This document shows positions 1-11,499 of a stretch of 64,000 nucleotides of DNA, in pieces. How positions within the stretch are numbered: position 1 is the first letter of the stretch; each line of letters begins with the position of its first letter. The position numbers were made by a program, and so were the translations under genes. The DNA lies in the NCBI GenBank assembly GCA_010909165.1, contig VJWM01000173.1, positions 1 through 64,000 on the forward strand, in the 5' to 3' direction. The DNA is from Anthoceros angustus. Its lineage: Eukaryota; Plantae; Anthocerotophyta. The notes under the pieces are model-generated. The model had not been told where the DNA came from, searched no databases, and saw only the letters and a program-made list of their open reading frames with translations.

Positions 1-459
1 TATGAGCTCACGAGAAAGCGTATTAATGAGCTCAAGGCCAAGGGTGCATTAATGTAAGGAATGCACACAGAAGCGGTGAATAAGGTGAATTATCTCTACA
101 AGAATGGCGGCCCACCGAGAAGAATGCTAACCAGCGATTACCTGCAGTTGCGGGCATAGGCTCAGAGCGTTTTGCGCGCCAAAATGATGCAAACCAGATG
201 CTCACAATGGCTCGCGCGGATCACGAGTATGCTCATGTTCTAATATCAACCCCATTAGAAGCTACCTTCATTACCAAGAAAAGGAAGCCTTGGGCCTCGA
301 GCATCATGATGAACTTCATAATGACATATATTTATGTGGACCCCTCAATCTTTGCCTCACTACTATGGATGGCACCAGGGAGTATACTTCTACCGCTTTT
401 GCATCCTCGATCAGCTGATAAGCCTCATCAATGCCCTTCGGTCTTCCAGATCCGAAGTT

Positions 460-898
460 GCGGTTAAGCCGGATGGTGGATCGACCGGATGGGGGACCGA
501 CTTCCTTGATGAATTTGGAATATCATGTAGCTTTCACAATTACATGCGGAGGATGGATCAAGATTGGATGGGGGACCGACTTCCCTTGATGAATTTAAAG
601 TATCATGTAGCTTTCACACCCCATTACTTGGTTAAGCGGGAGGGTGGATCAGTACCCGGATGAGGGACCTACCTCCCTTGATGAATATAACATATCATGT
701 AGATTTCACACCCCATTACTTGCAGTTAAGTCGAGAGGGCGGATCAGTACCTGAATGGGGGACCGACTTCCCTCCATGAAATTAAAATATAATGTAGCTT
801 TCACACCCCATTACTTGCAGTTAAGCCGGGAGGGCGGATCAGTACCCGGATGGGGGACTGACTTCCATAGATGAATTTAAAACATCATGTAGCTTTCA
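460..898 (+). repeat. Tandem array (~95-bp unit, 5 copies) resembling the 5S rRNA internal control region (A box, intermediate element, C box)
   Basis: The GGATGGGGGACC-type motif recurs at 487, 566, 658, 753 and 848 (periods 79, 92, 95, 95). The unit core GCAGTTAAGCCGGGAGGGCGGATCAGTACCCGGATGGGGGACC aligns by eye to plant 5S GCAGTTAAGCGTGCTTGGGCGAGAGTAGTACTAGGATGGGTGACC at about 34/45 positions. The 5' and 3' stems of mature 5S are missing, so this is not a functional 5S gene. Confidence 0.75.
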
Positions 899-1129
899 AA
901 GTGCCTTGGTTGCTACTTTGGATGTTGTAAGTTGAGAGTATAGATGATTTATTGAGGTGAAAGAACGATGGAAAGAGACCATCTAGGAAGGGACAACAAA
1001 TGGGGACCCGGGGGTCGGAGTGAAGAGGAGCAACTGAGCTCCCTACCTAAAGTGACCAATCGCACCCACAATGTCATATGCGTAGAATAAACGGCCCGCA
1101 AACCATGAGGAAGAGGAAAGGCATCACCC

Positions 1130-4100
1130 ACCGCCGCCGCCTTATGGAGAATCGCCGCTGAGAGCGCCGAAGAGCAATAGAAACCCACTGGCTATGGTAC
1201 GAGAGGACACGCACTATGCCTCACAAGATGGTAAGCTTTGGCACAAGACTTGATGAATTTGTCAAAGTCCTCCCATTGCCCCATACGCTTCTAGAGCAAG
1301 CGGATAAAGAGGTGGCCCGCTTGCATCCTCGCTATACTTATGGACCTTGAGAGCACGCAGCACCACCGGACTGGTGATGACTGAGCGAGGTGGCGCCACG
1401 CAAGAACTACTACATCCGCCACCACAACCGGTCGCCACGGACAAGGTATAAGTCCCCGATTGAACGACCAGTAAGAAGAGTATACTCCGCCTCCTCCAGT
1501 GCCATATAGCCACTTTCAGCAATGGCAAACATGACGCCACGGATGGCGCTGAGTGGCAATGCGATGACTCGTGGGACAACGAGCAAGGTGGACACCGAGA
1601 CGCTAAGAGCGAGCCGCACTCACAAGTGAGGAGCGAAGAAGCCACAGTGGAGTAGGCCGAGACGGAATCGCATCGCAGAGTGAAGGTGGTTGGTGCGGCG
1701 TGAAATCCCGTATGCATGGGCGGGCCAAGAGCTGCACACCGCCTCCCTTCCTGAACAAGAGCAAGCCGCGCCTAGTGGACTGGAGATGGAGGGGTCCCGG
1801 AGGATGACAAAAAGCTCGGCCGAGCCGCTCGAGCAGAGATGCCTGCAATCCCCTAAAGCCATCAGTGATAAATGTAGAGAAAGGAGGGAAGTCCTTCCGA
1901 GCATCCGCGATAACATGTCTCGGCCCGCCTCAAGGACGATTGAGAGAGAAGGTTCCCTCCTCCACACTTGATACGAGATCCTCGAGAAAGGGCTTGTCAT
2001 GGAGGATGAAACGGAAGCCAAGGCAGAGGGCCCAACTCCCAAGAAAGCCGCCGGGAAGAGACCTCGATGAGAGCCCCCACGCTCCAAATTGCAGCAGTGG
2101 GATGCTTGCCGGCTGTCGCCTGTGGCACTCAAAAGCCCCGAGCCCAAGATGTCCCCAAGAGTATCCATAATCAGATCAAACCCCGAGCCGGACAAAAGGA
2201 CCGAGACTGAGGCAACAGAAATGAGGTACCTGCCTAGCAAAAAAGGAAAGGATTCCAAAGGCCACCGAGCATCCTCCAAAGAAAGGGAGGTCTTCAATAT
2301 GGGAGAGGTCCTCGCAAGGGCCTTGTCCAGAAGCTCCCAATGAAGTCTGGGAACCAAAGGGGACCCCAAGAACTGCATCAAGAGCCGAGCAATCTCCCAG
2401 AAAACCGCAGAGTAGGCAGGATCCCCGACGGAGACCAAACGCGGCACTTGGACATCTTGACCTTCAAGCCCACCAACGAAAGCTCGGAAGAGAATATCTC
2501 AAAGGCCTCCTTGACTTTGTCCCCAGGCCCGAGGATGTGAGAATCGTCTGCCAACGAAGGGAAGACACACACATGGGAGAGGGCGGCCCAGACAGGCCCT
2601 ATAGTGAGCAATAGCGAAGAGAGCACCGCCTAGCGGTCGCCTTGCTCGTACTGCGGGCCGATTCCAAGACGAGACGGCGAAACTCAAGAGACGTTTCGCC
2701 GGGTAGTAGAGGTTGGAGGACCTCAGAAGCACCGGACAAAGGGTATAAGACTCTAGACGCCAAAGATCCCTAAGCTCCTCAAAGATGACGCCCGGAAATG
2801 GTATTGAAGGCGTTCTCGACATCCACTGTAAGACTACCCAATCCGGGTGGGTATCAAGGCAAGCTTTCACCCCTAGCACTGCACACAGCCGAGTGGCAAT
2901 GCCAAATTGAAGGGGTTGAAGTGCCTGGAGAAGGGAGCGACGGGCGAGGCGAGTAGCCGCATGAAGGCCTCCCCAACCGCGAGTGGGCGACGCCAGGGCA
3001 GCTTGTCCATAGCGACAAGCCTACTAGCCGCAACAACAAATCCGGTGAGGCATCTCTCCACGAGCCACCGCAGCAGGAGAAAAGAGCTGAAAGCCGCTAG
3101 ATGGATCTTGGGAGAAAGAGGTCCCTAAGGTGTTCGAACACCATTCCCGACAAACCGCATGAAAGACGAGGGGTTGTGGAGAGAGCCAGAGCAAAAGCCG
3201 CCCGGTCCAGGGAGAAGGGATCCTCTGGGACATAGTCGGATATGTCCGGGGAATGGCATCCTTAGGTGGCGGATGGAGGGCACGGAGGGCAGCAATTGTC
3301 TCTTCTGAAGCGGAGGCCAAAGGGACGGGTCGAAGAGCCCTAGCAGCGCGGGCATATTCACCCGCCTGGCCAAGCAACTTGCAGCGGCGTAGGTTTGTTG
3401 CATTACCCCACTGCTCCAACTGGCCGAGTGATTCCGCCGGACTTGGCAAAGACGCACGCCTCCTCAAGAGCCGCCTACCGCCACCAAAACGCAAGACGGC
3501 AACTTCACTGGGAAGCTCCCCTAGTGCAATGAAGACACCATCGGGGGAGAAGAAGGAGGAGACACCAAGCTAACTCATCCCGGGGATCGAGTGCAAGGCG
3601 ATCTAGGGGAAGACGAAATGCCAGACGGGCATCATCGTGAAGGTGCCGAGGAAGCCTGCGGAAGATGCGCGGACATGGAAAGCGGGTTTCGAACATCCCA
3701 AGGATGTGATCCAGCTGACTCCGCAACCATTCCCAGGAAGAAAGAGGCACCACAAGGAGAAAGCTACTGTGCGCCAAAGCCGGGGCAGCGGACGTGGAGG
3801 AGGTCGCAGCGTGCACTTGGGCAGCCCAGGTAGTCTGGTCGAAATCTTTATGCATGTGCCCGAGGTGAGTTTTCACCCCTTGACGCAGAGAGTTGAGCAT
3901 GATCGACAAGGAGTGTCCTCGACCACGGAGGTGTGGATCCCCATTGGATGGGGGACGAAAAGGGCCCGCAAGCGCTTGAAGGGCAGGTCAAGAGGTACCG
4001 GGACCGAGGGCAAATGACCCCTGACCGGACGGACATGTGAGTTTGAGTCGTATGGCGAACCCCAAAAGGCCGCCAAAGGGCCCCACCAAGAGGGGTGCAA

Positions 4101-4262
4101 CCCAGTGACCACCAACCACCAAACTAACGCCCACACTGAACTCAAGACTAAAAGCCGGGCGAGATCCTCAGATAAAGAAGCCCAACCGAAAAGCGATAAG
4201 CAAAGAATCAGAGATGAAAATGGACTCACGAACATGTAATAGAGCTCACAACAATCACACAA
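1130..4262 (-). mobile_element. Degenerate CRE-clade (R2 superfamily) non-LTR retrotransposon: zinc fingers, RT and restriction-like endonuclease
   Basis: Frameshifted minus-strand pieces occur in the expected order: C2H2-like fingers (LTCPSSAC; CRSC...HLGHMH, ~3850-4030), ARAARAL...LRALHP (3024-3494), RPLAVGEAFMRL (2873-3061), VDVENAFNTI (~2800-2830), LADDSHILG (2378-2626), the RLE motif LKVHKY...LYPLALEAYG (1262-1717) and a terminal QWVSIALRRSQ (~1150-1190). Confidence 0.8.
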
Positions 4263-4282
4263 TCAACCGAACCATCAATCAA

Positions 4283-4520
4283 TCGCAAACATCTAGGGCC
4301 TAGCCGCAACACCTAGGGCATAGCACTTCGCAACATCTAGGGCCTAGCATTCACCGCAACACCTAGGGCATAACACTCAACCGCAACATCTAGGGCATAA
4401 CATCAACCGCAACATCTAGGGCCCAAGACGCCCGCAACACCTAGGGCATAACACTCACCAACATCTAGGGCCTAGCATTCAACACACCGCATAACACTCA
4501 ACATCTAGGGCCTAGCCTCC
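4283..4520. repeat. Short tandem repeat (~20-35 bp, core CAACA[T/C]CTAGGGC) just 5' of the CRE coding region
   Basis: About 9 copies of caacatctagggc or caacacctagggc are directly visible. Confidence 0.85.
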
Positions 4521-5039
4521 AAGTAGCCAATATATAAAGATTAACTCGACATGTAATGTAGCACGCACTCAAAGCGCCAATATAATGAGCTTGTAATTGG
4601 ATAACATCCCTTATCTTCACCTCGATTCGAATGTGAAAATATCTTCCCAACCATTGGCTCATTCCATATAGCTTAAGAACCGCATGTCACCCAAGATGTA
4701 CCATGCCTTGTCAATCTTCACTTTATCCTCAAAAGGTTCTATGCCTTCGGATCTTCAATTTATCCGCCAACGACACATATTCCACCGAGGGTTTCAACCC
4801 CTCAACACAAAGATCCTCGGCTCCTTTTAAATAATAAGTTCATATGCTCCCTTGATATATAAGGCTTAACATCTTGAGGATAAAGGAGCCCTAGCCAAGA
4901 TCATTGCCCTCGATGACATAGCATAGAAGCTTTGTGATGGATATATGATATTTGAATATAGTGGAGCTCACATACATCAAGATTGAATATATAGATACGA
5001 GCGAAGAGAGCACCACAAAACCACTCCCAAGATAGGTAC

Positions 5040-5305
5040 TACACAGGAAGGAACACAACTCTCCACGGAAGGAGCACCACCACTCCACGAAGGAACACCA
5101 CCACTCTCATCAGGTGAAGGAGCACCACCACTCTCCACAGAAGGAGCACCACCACTCCCAGGGAAGGAGCACCACCACGGAAGGAGCACCACCACTCTCC
5201 ACTGTGAAGGAGCACCACCACTCCACAGAAGGATCACCACCACTCATGTGAAGGATCACCACCACTCTCCACAGGAAGGATCACCACCACTCTCCCTAGG
5301 AAGGA
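5040..5305. repeat. Minisatellite, ~22-24-bp unit GAAGGAGCACCACCACTC(TC)CAC
   Basis: About 11 imperfect copies are visible. They generate the repetitive ORFs at 4891-5243. Confidence 0.9.
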
Positions 5306-5629
5306 GCATTCATTCTTTCTGAAGTCAATTGGCACCAATTCAGAGAGTAAGTGAAGTTACAACATAGTGTGTTGTGAAGCTCATCGCAAGTCCAAATGTA
5401 CATCATGCCTGACACAAGGCTACACCAAGTTGGTGATCCGGTCTTGCCAACATGCCTGGTTTCCGGCTTGTAGGCGCCTATATGCCAATATTTTATTGTT
5501 CGCGGCCTTGGCTACCATATAGATTCGAACTGGTCCAGACTTAGCTTGGCACATGGGCTTAATGACGCCGCCTTTGTTATCATTATAACAAAATTGAGCG
5601 GAACGCGGGCTTCATTATGGATTCACGAT

Positions 5630-8620
5630 CCCATCCTCACACCCATCCCATCATCTCATCGCTCGGCCATGGGCATTCTTTCGCCATTTTAAAGTTTGGG
5701 GGAAAGCACAACCTCTCAATTCTCACGAGTGGTCGAGTTAACCACCCAGCTTGGCCACGACATGTGCTATCGACTTGCACCAACTTGTGCACTGCTTTGC
5801 CGATTCTTGTTCCTAAGGCGATTGACACACGGGCCGCCAATCACTTGCACTATTTCGGTTGTTGTGGCGACTTGCACCGAGCATGGCGAGTGCCGCGATT
5901 CCGTCTCACGAGGACACGAGTGAGCACTTTGCGGCACCCAAATGCCGGAGGAGAATTTCAAGAGCCCCATGTCCTCTTGAACGAGCAACTCTCACAATGG
6001 GCGAGAGAGTATGGAGAATAAGCACATGCGGAGATGGGCTTTGGTGGCGAAATGCCCAATGCACACCTAAAATGCATGTACTTGGTGCAGAGCATCGGAG
6101 GAAAAAGAAGCACCGGAGGAACAAGGAAAACATTTCACCGAGGCTCAAGCTAAGTGGTGCAAGGACTTGAGGGCCGGTTTATGAGTCCAGTGAATTGTTG
6201 TGCCTTTGAGAGCTGTAATAAGGACTATGCGTCCTTTGCTGGCTCGAAAGGAGGAGAGACATCCCTCCACCGCAAGATGGAAGTAATCCTTGCCTCTTTG
6301 GCCATTTTGCCCAAGGGATCTCCAACCGACAGGCTATAATCACCATCGGAGCCTTGAGGACCCGGATCTCCAAGCTTACTGTGAAGAAACCGATCTCGGA
6401 TGAATCGAATGGATTGGGAGACCTACCGCGGGTGTGATCATCTCTTTCTATCGTAAGTGGTGTATCTTATTTACTTTGACTCCTTTTAGGAAGATCTCAC
6501 TTTTCGATCTATGTGTTTCCTTAGGTGCCATGGAGCTTTACAATCGACACAAACAAAGGCCGAGATTGAGAAACACCGCGTTCCCATTTTGTAACAATGT
6601 GGAGTATGTTTCGAACAGATATGGACATGATGACGTGGACCTCACATGTGTTACCCACCCAAGTAGGGAGAGGGGAGAGACAGATTGACTGGATCCGTTG
6701 AGTCCCGACTAATGCGTGTCCTCATGTTGTCACGAGACTTGGGTTATCATGCCCTCATTTTGGTTTATCGAAATGCACCATTTTGTAGGTTCATAATCCA
6801 CCTCAAAGCATGTGTTTGTTTGACCATCAAGACATGTGAATTGAGGCAAACTGATTTGAAACGCAAACTACAAATGTAGCGCCATTTGTGTGCCTGCCCA
6901 TACAGCCCTGACCTAGCCCTGTCCAAAGATTTTGTTTCTGGATGGATTCGTCGGTATTTGTCCAGCCAATCAAACACTTTTCTAGATGTTTCATGTCTGC
7001 CTTCGGCCCAATCCTCGCATAACAAGAGCATGTGGCAGCTCGTATCAAGTCTTGAACATAATGGGTAAGGTTTTGTTATTGAGGTTTATAACATAAGTTT
7101 ACAGCGTAATATGTTGTAAAGCACATTTTTTTGCATTGTAAAGCACATGTCTTGAGACGTCCGTCACCTTGGGAAGCACGACGGCAAGGCAAACATTTTG
7201 AAACTACGGCTATTGTGGGAGGCACACGTGGGCACACTATGCGTGTTGGAGAGCGCCCTCGAGGTTAAGTGTGATGAGATGAGCCGCGTCTCGAGACGCG
7301 CGTGATGAGACAAGCCCGCTCCAACTCGCCCTGGGGTTGTTAGCGAGGCCATCCCCGAGCCTGCTCGCAATCTCTCCGCCGATCAAGTGGACGATGAAGA
7401 TGAGCACAAGATGTCCATGACTTCTTTGCACCTGGTTTGCAGAAGGACCTAGCGATGGAGGTTGCCGATCAAGTGGATGGCGAAGATGAGCATGAGACGT
7501 CCGTGACTTCTTCTGCAGAGGGTGGTTTGCATCATTAGAGGACTGGCGATGGAGGTTACTAGGAGGACTTGCGCAAGAGGTCGCCTACGAAGTTCCAACC
7601 ATGAGAGTCATAGTGTGCTTGCCCGGATTACTCGCATCGAAGGCGCTTTGAGACCGAGATACGGACTTTAGTGCAGCTTCTCCACCTTCCTTGCCTCATA
7701 CTGACCGAGGTGGACATTGATGAATTTGTCAATCTCCTCGTCGAGGAGGATGTCCTACGAGTCATTTCGCGAGGCCACCGCCATGAATATATTTGAGGTT
7801 TTGGATGGAGTTTGGCTGGAGGAACGTGAACATTTTAGGGAGCTCAAGGAAGCATTGGAGAGGGAAGCAAAGGAGAGGGAAGTCTCAAGAATCCTTGGAG
7901 TCTCGGCACTGGCATGGCAAAAGCTTGGAGATGTTGTGAAGGAATTGTGTGTAGCGTGGGACCGTCATGGGCAGTCCGTGGCAAGGAGCCTTTGGGATAT
8001 GGGTGTCGCTTATTGTTGCATTGTGTAATAAGCGTGTTCCTAATCCACGAGATGATTCACGACACGGTTCATGGGTTTTCGATTTCAAAGTGTCACGTTA
8101 TGTTGAATGAGATAATCAACTGGCATCACATGTGTGTCGCCATTTCTTCTACTCGATCGCAAAACAAGCATCACAATAACCTAATGGCTAACAGGACATT
8201 GTTATGAATCTTCCTTCCCGCCTTCACCCTTTGAAGTAGTCTCGGTGCCTCCTTGAGTGGACCCAAGAGACGCGCTTCATCTCCGACGTCCGCAGCATTG
8301 CCGTTTCTCCTCTGCAGTGATCGGTGATGGCTTACCCGCTGAGGCTGACAGACGGACTCGATCCGCCAAGCATGCGTATGTCTGGTGGTGGCGCTCATCC
8401 CAACTTTCTCCTTCCTCCGCAGATGGCTTGGAGGCACGTTTGGTTTTCTGCTTTCCTTGCTTCGCTTGGTTCTCTTGGTGTGCTCGTGGCCATTGCACAA
8501 CCATACTTGCGCCCGCCTCTCTCATTACGAGGCGCTATCGGTTGGATGACGGTGAAGGCAGCAAGTTCAAGCTTGGCGAGAGGTAGCGATGGATTGCCAT
8601 CTTTGCTAGCTACGGGCCGC
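5630..8620 (-). mobile_element. Degenerate Ty1/copia LTR retrotransposon pol remnant
   Basis: Minus-strand fragments in copia order: a possible gag knuckle (~8300-8400), a pre-integrase-like HGHL piece (7237-7431), RT-like KSL..GLYGQAHKW (6765-7031) and DMKHL (6827-7048), and an RNase H end KLVQVDST...LTRPLVRIERLC (5637-5840). Heavily frameshifted. The LTR pair could not be delimited. Confidence 0.6.
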
Positions 8621-9019
8621 GTGTGAGTGCTCGTGGGTAGCCTAAATCCATATTAGAAAGTCCACATGTTGGATTCATACCATGCCACTTGACACGTGGA
8701 TGTAACCCGTCTATAAATGCAATTTACAATCCTGTATGCTTGCTTGTATACATGCTTGGATACGTATGCTTGAACACACACGCTTGAATACGCTATAGTG
8801 GCACACATGGCTCACTAGTAGAATAAGTCATTTACAACGTCCATAACGCGTGCTTTACAACGCATGAGGTTGTAAAGCACATTTTGACGTAATATGTGCT
8901 CAAAATATACCGTATTGGTATACCGTATCCATATATGGTATACCATATCCATATGGTAATAGGCACATACATGCGACCGTGTGGCTCACCAAGCAAAGAA
9001 ATTGGTGGCTCGCCGCACT

Positions 9020-9260
9020 CGTGAGGCTCGCCAAAGAAATGGGCTCGCCGTGAGGCTCGCCAAGAAATTGGGCTCGTGAGGCTCGCCAAGAAAAATTGGG
9101 CTCACCGTGAGGCTCGCCAAGTGAATTGGGCTCACTGTGAGGCTCGTGTGGGGATCAAGCTGCCAGCTGGATTGGGCGGGCTGGCGGGGCTCACCATGGG
9201 GCTTGCCAGCGGGATCGCGTGTGGATTGGGCCGGATTTGGCGGGCTCGCCAAGCAAGGAT
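9020..9260. repeat. GC-rich GTGAGGCTCGCCAAG-type short repeats in the left arm of the CACTA element
   Basis: More than 8 copies of ggctcgcc/ggctcacc are visible. Confidence 0.85.
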
Positions 9261-9369
9261 CGGGCCTCGGATGCTCGGATTGCTAAGTAGGTGATCGGGA
9301 TTGCTATCGCCTCGAAATCAAGCACCATGAAGGAGAAAGGACTCGAATGAGTGAGTGGCCATTATCCTC

Positions 9370-9795
9370 TTAGGTCGACTGGTTGCCCAAGTCTTGATGG
9401 GAGTAGCAGCCCAATTCTTCCCAATTGCTATGTGCAACCAAGTCTCGATGGCAATAGCGACATAATCCTCCCCAATTCTTTGGAATTTGTGCTATGTGGA
9501 GCCAAGTCTCGATGGAAGTAGACTCAATTCTTCCCAATTCTTTCCGGAATTTGTGCTATGTGGAGTCAAGTCTCGATGGAAGTAGCTCAATTCTTCCCAA
9601 TTCTTCTCGGAATTTGTGCAACCAAGTCTCGATGATGTGCGACAATTCTCCCAATTCTTTCTAGAATTTGTGCTATGTGCAACCAAGTCTCGATAATAGC
9701 ATGACCTCCCAATTCTTCTCGAATTTGTGCTATGTGGAGTCAAGTCTCGATGGAAGTAGCACTCAACTCTTCCCAATTCTTTGGAATTTGTGCTA
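9370..9795. repeat. ~55-60-bp tandem repeat (AATTTGTGCTATGTG...CAAGTCTCGATGG...CCCAATTCTT), ~7 copies
   Basis: caagtctcgat and cccaattctt motifs recur directly. Confidence 0.9.
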
Positions 9796-9849
9796 TGTGT
9801 GTGTCTGTGGATATAATTAGTCTAATATGTATGTGGTCGTGTGCTAGGT

Positions 9850-11050
9850 TTTCTAGTGTGGGCGGCAAGGATTACACAATCTGTTGGTCTCTTCGTTGTT
9901 TGCCACAAAATCCAGCATTGGAAGGACACACTCTTGTGACACTCATCATGCCGGAGGTGGCCGTAAGTGCTCGACCAATGGTTCGATGCTTTTGAGAAAT
10001 GTAATTGTGTAAAGGGGCAAAGGACTATGCGGGGAATCAAGTCCGTATTCATGAGCGAATATATCGAGGCGCGGAGGGAGGCGCAAGTTCGGAAGAAACC
10101 CCGTGAAGTGAAGACTCACCGACGGCAAGTATATGACGTGAGTTTCTAACCCCTTTGGTTAAGTATTTGAGATGTATATTGAGTTTCTAACCACTATTTC
10201 GTGATACATTCAAGGTATATCATATTTAATATTAATATATATATTTATATTTTATTTAGTATATGCATGTTCCTTTTAAATGTGCATGATGTGTCATTGA
10301 TGCATGATGGTTTCGTAAGTTAAACGGTATGGTATGTAGTTTGTACTTATGATGATTATTTTTGTATAGTTGGCGAACTTCCTATAGAGGACCATGTTAG
10401 CACTCTTGATCCCGATGATGCGATGATGAGCACTGTGGACACATGTCTCTGGTAGGAAAAATTTGGGTGGAAAGGAGAGTCACGTGGACCTTTCCTTGAA
10501 CACCCTTACCACACGAGAGGAGAGGATGCAAACTCTCATGATGCGTTGTGTTATACAAGCGTCTTCTCAAAGGTGTATATCCCAAGGAGTGGGGAATGTG
10601 GGAGGAGGGGCCATTCCTATTAACAAACCATTTCCATATTGGGGTCTGGTGGATAGTGAAGGAGGCAACAAATCCAATAATGGGGTTGGGTTTGTTTGCC
10701 TTGGAAAAATAAGTGTTAGTCGTAGCCAAAAGAAAGGCGTTCCATTATTTGTGTTTGGTGGTCCCATGTATACACAGCAGTAGTTTAACAAGATTGCGAG
10801 TGGTGAGATTGCGAGTTTCAAAATATGCCTTAACTTTCAGATGTAGGCGTAAGAAGCTTACGTCACCTATAGTGTACTTGGATGGGCATGTGGCATATGG
10901 GAATGTGGCAGTTACATTAATAGCGTAAACAAGGTAAGCTCTATGGGAGGAAAGAGATGGGCATGAGCTATTGCATCATAGCCACATGATGTGGGTGTGC
11001 ACTTGGCGGCGGACCATTGAAGCGGTGAGGAGTTGTTTGTTGAGTACAAT
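9850..11050 (+). mobile_element. Ty3/gypsy pol fragment (RNase H to integrase) nested in the CACTA element
   Basis: ALEGHTLVTLI (~9915-9950) resembles RNase H YLEGxxFTLxTDH. KPFPYWGLVD (10463-10783) resembles integrase PFExWGIDF. LTSPIVYLDG (10713-10928) resembles FGxPxxIVSDxG. Very degenerate. Confidence 0.45.
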
Positions 11051-11499
11051 TGGTTTGACCCAAATTATGCGATAGCAAGAATAAAGGCTAGAAGTGAGTA
11101 TGCACATACTAAAGAGTATGTGCAAAGAGAGTGGAAGAAGATGAAGGCAAAGTTAATGCATGAAGACAGTGCGGATGCGGAGGAGTATGTAGATGCAGAA
11201 TATGCAAAAGGGAATGGGAAAAGATGAAGGCAAAGTTGATGAAAGAGGATGTAGATTTAGAGTAGTATTTGCATGACATGAATGATGTGAATATTAGTTT
11301 TTCCTTCCGTGTTTGAAGTTTGAACATAGTTTATCTCATGGTGATTGATATCCTATAATAAAGTATTATATATTTTATTTTATTTTATTTTATTTTATTT
11401 TATTTTCATAACATGTTATGTATGTTTGCTCAAAAATTCTAGGTTGAAGGGGAAAAATTCATGGTGAATCCATGCATGAGGAAGAAAACGAATACATTC

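Noticed and set aside
460-898. Functional 5S rRNA genes or a Cassandra element
   Set aside because: The units lack the 5S terminal helix and T-run terminator, and no LTR pair, PBS or PPT is visible. They are reported only as 5S-like repeats.
8672-8812. PBS-like TGGTATGAATC and a possible copia 5' LTR interrupted by the CACTA element
   Set aside because: The match to the initiator-Met PBS is poor, and no corresponding 3' LTR sequence was found left of the pol region.
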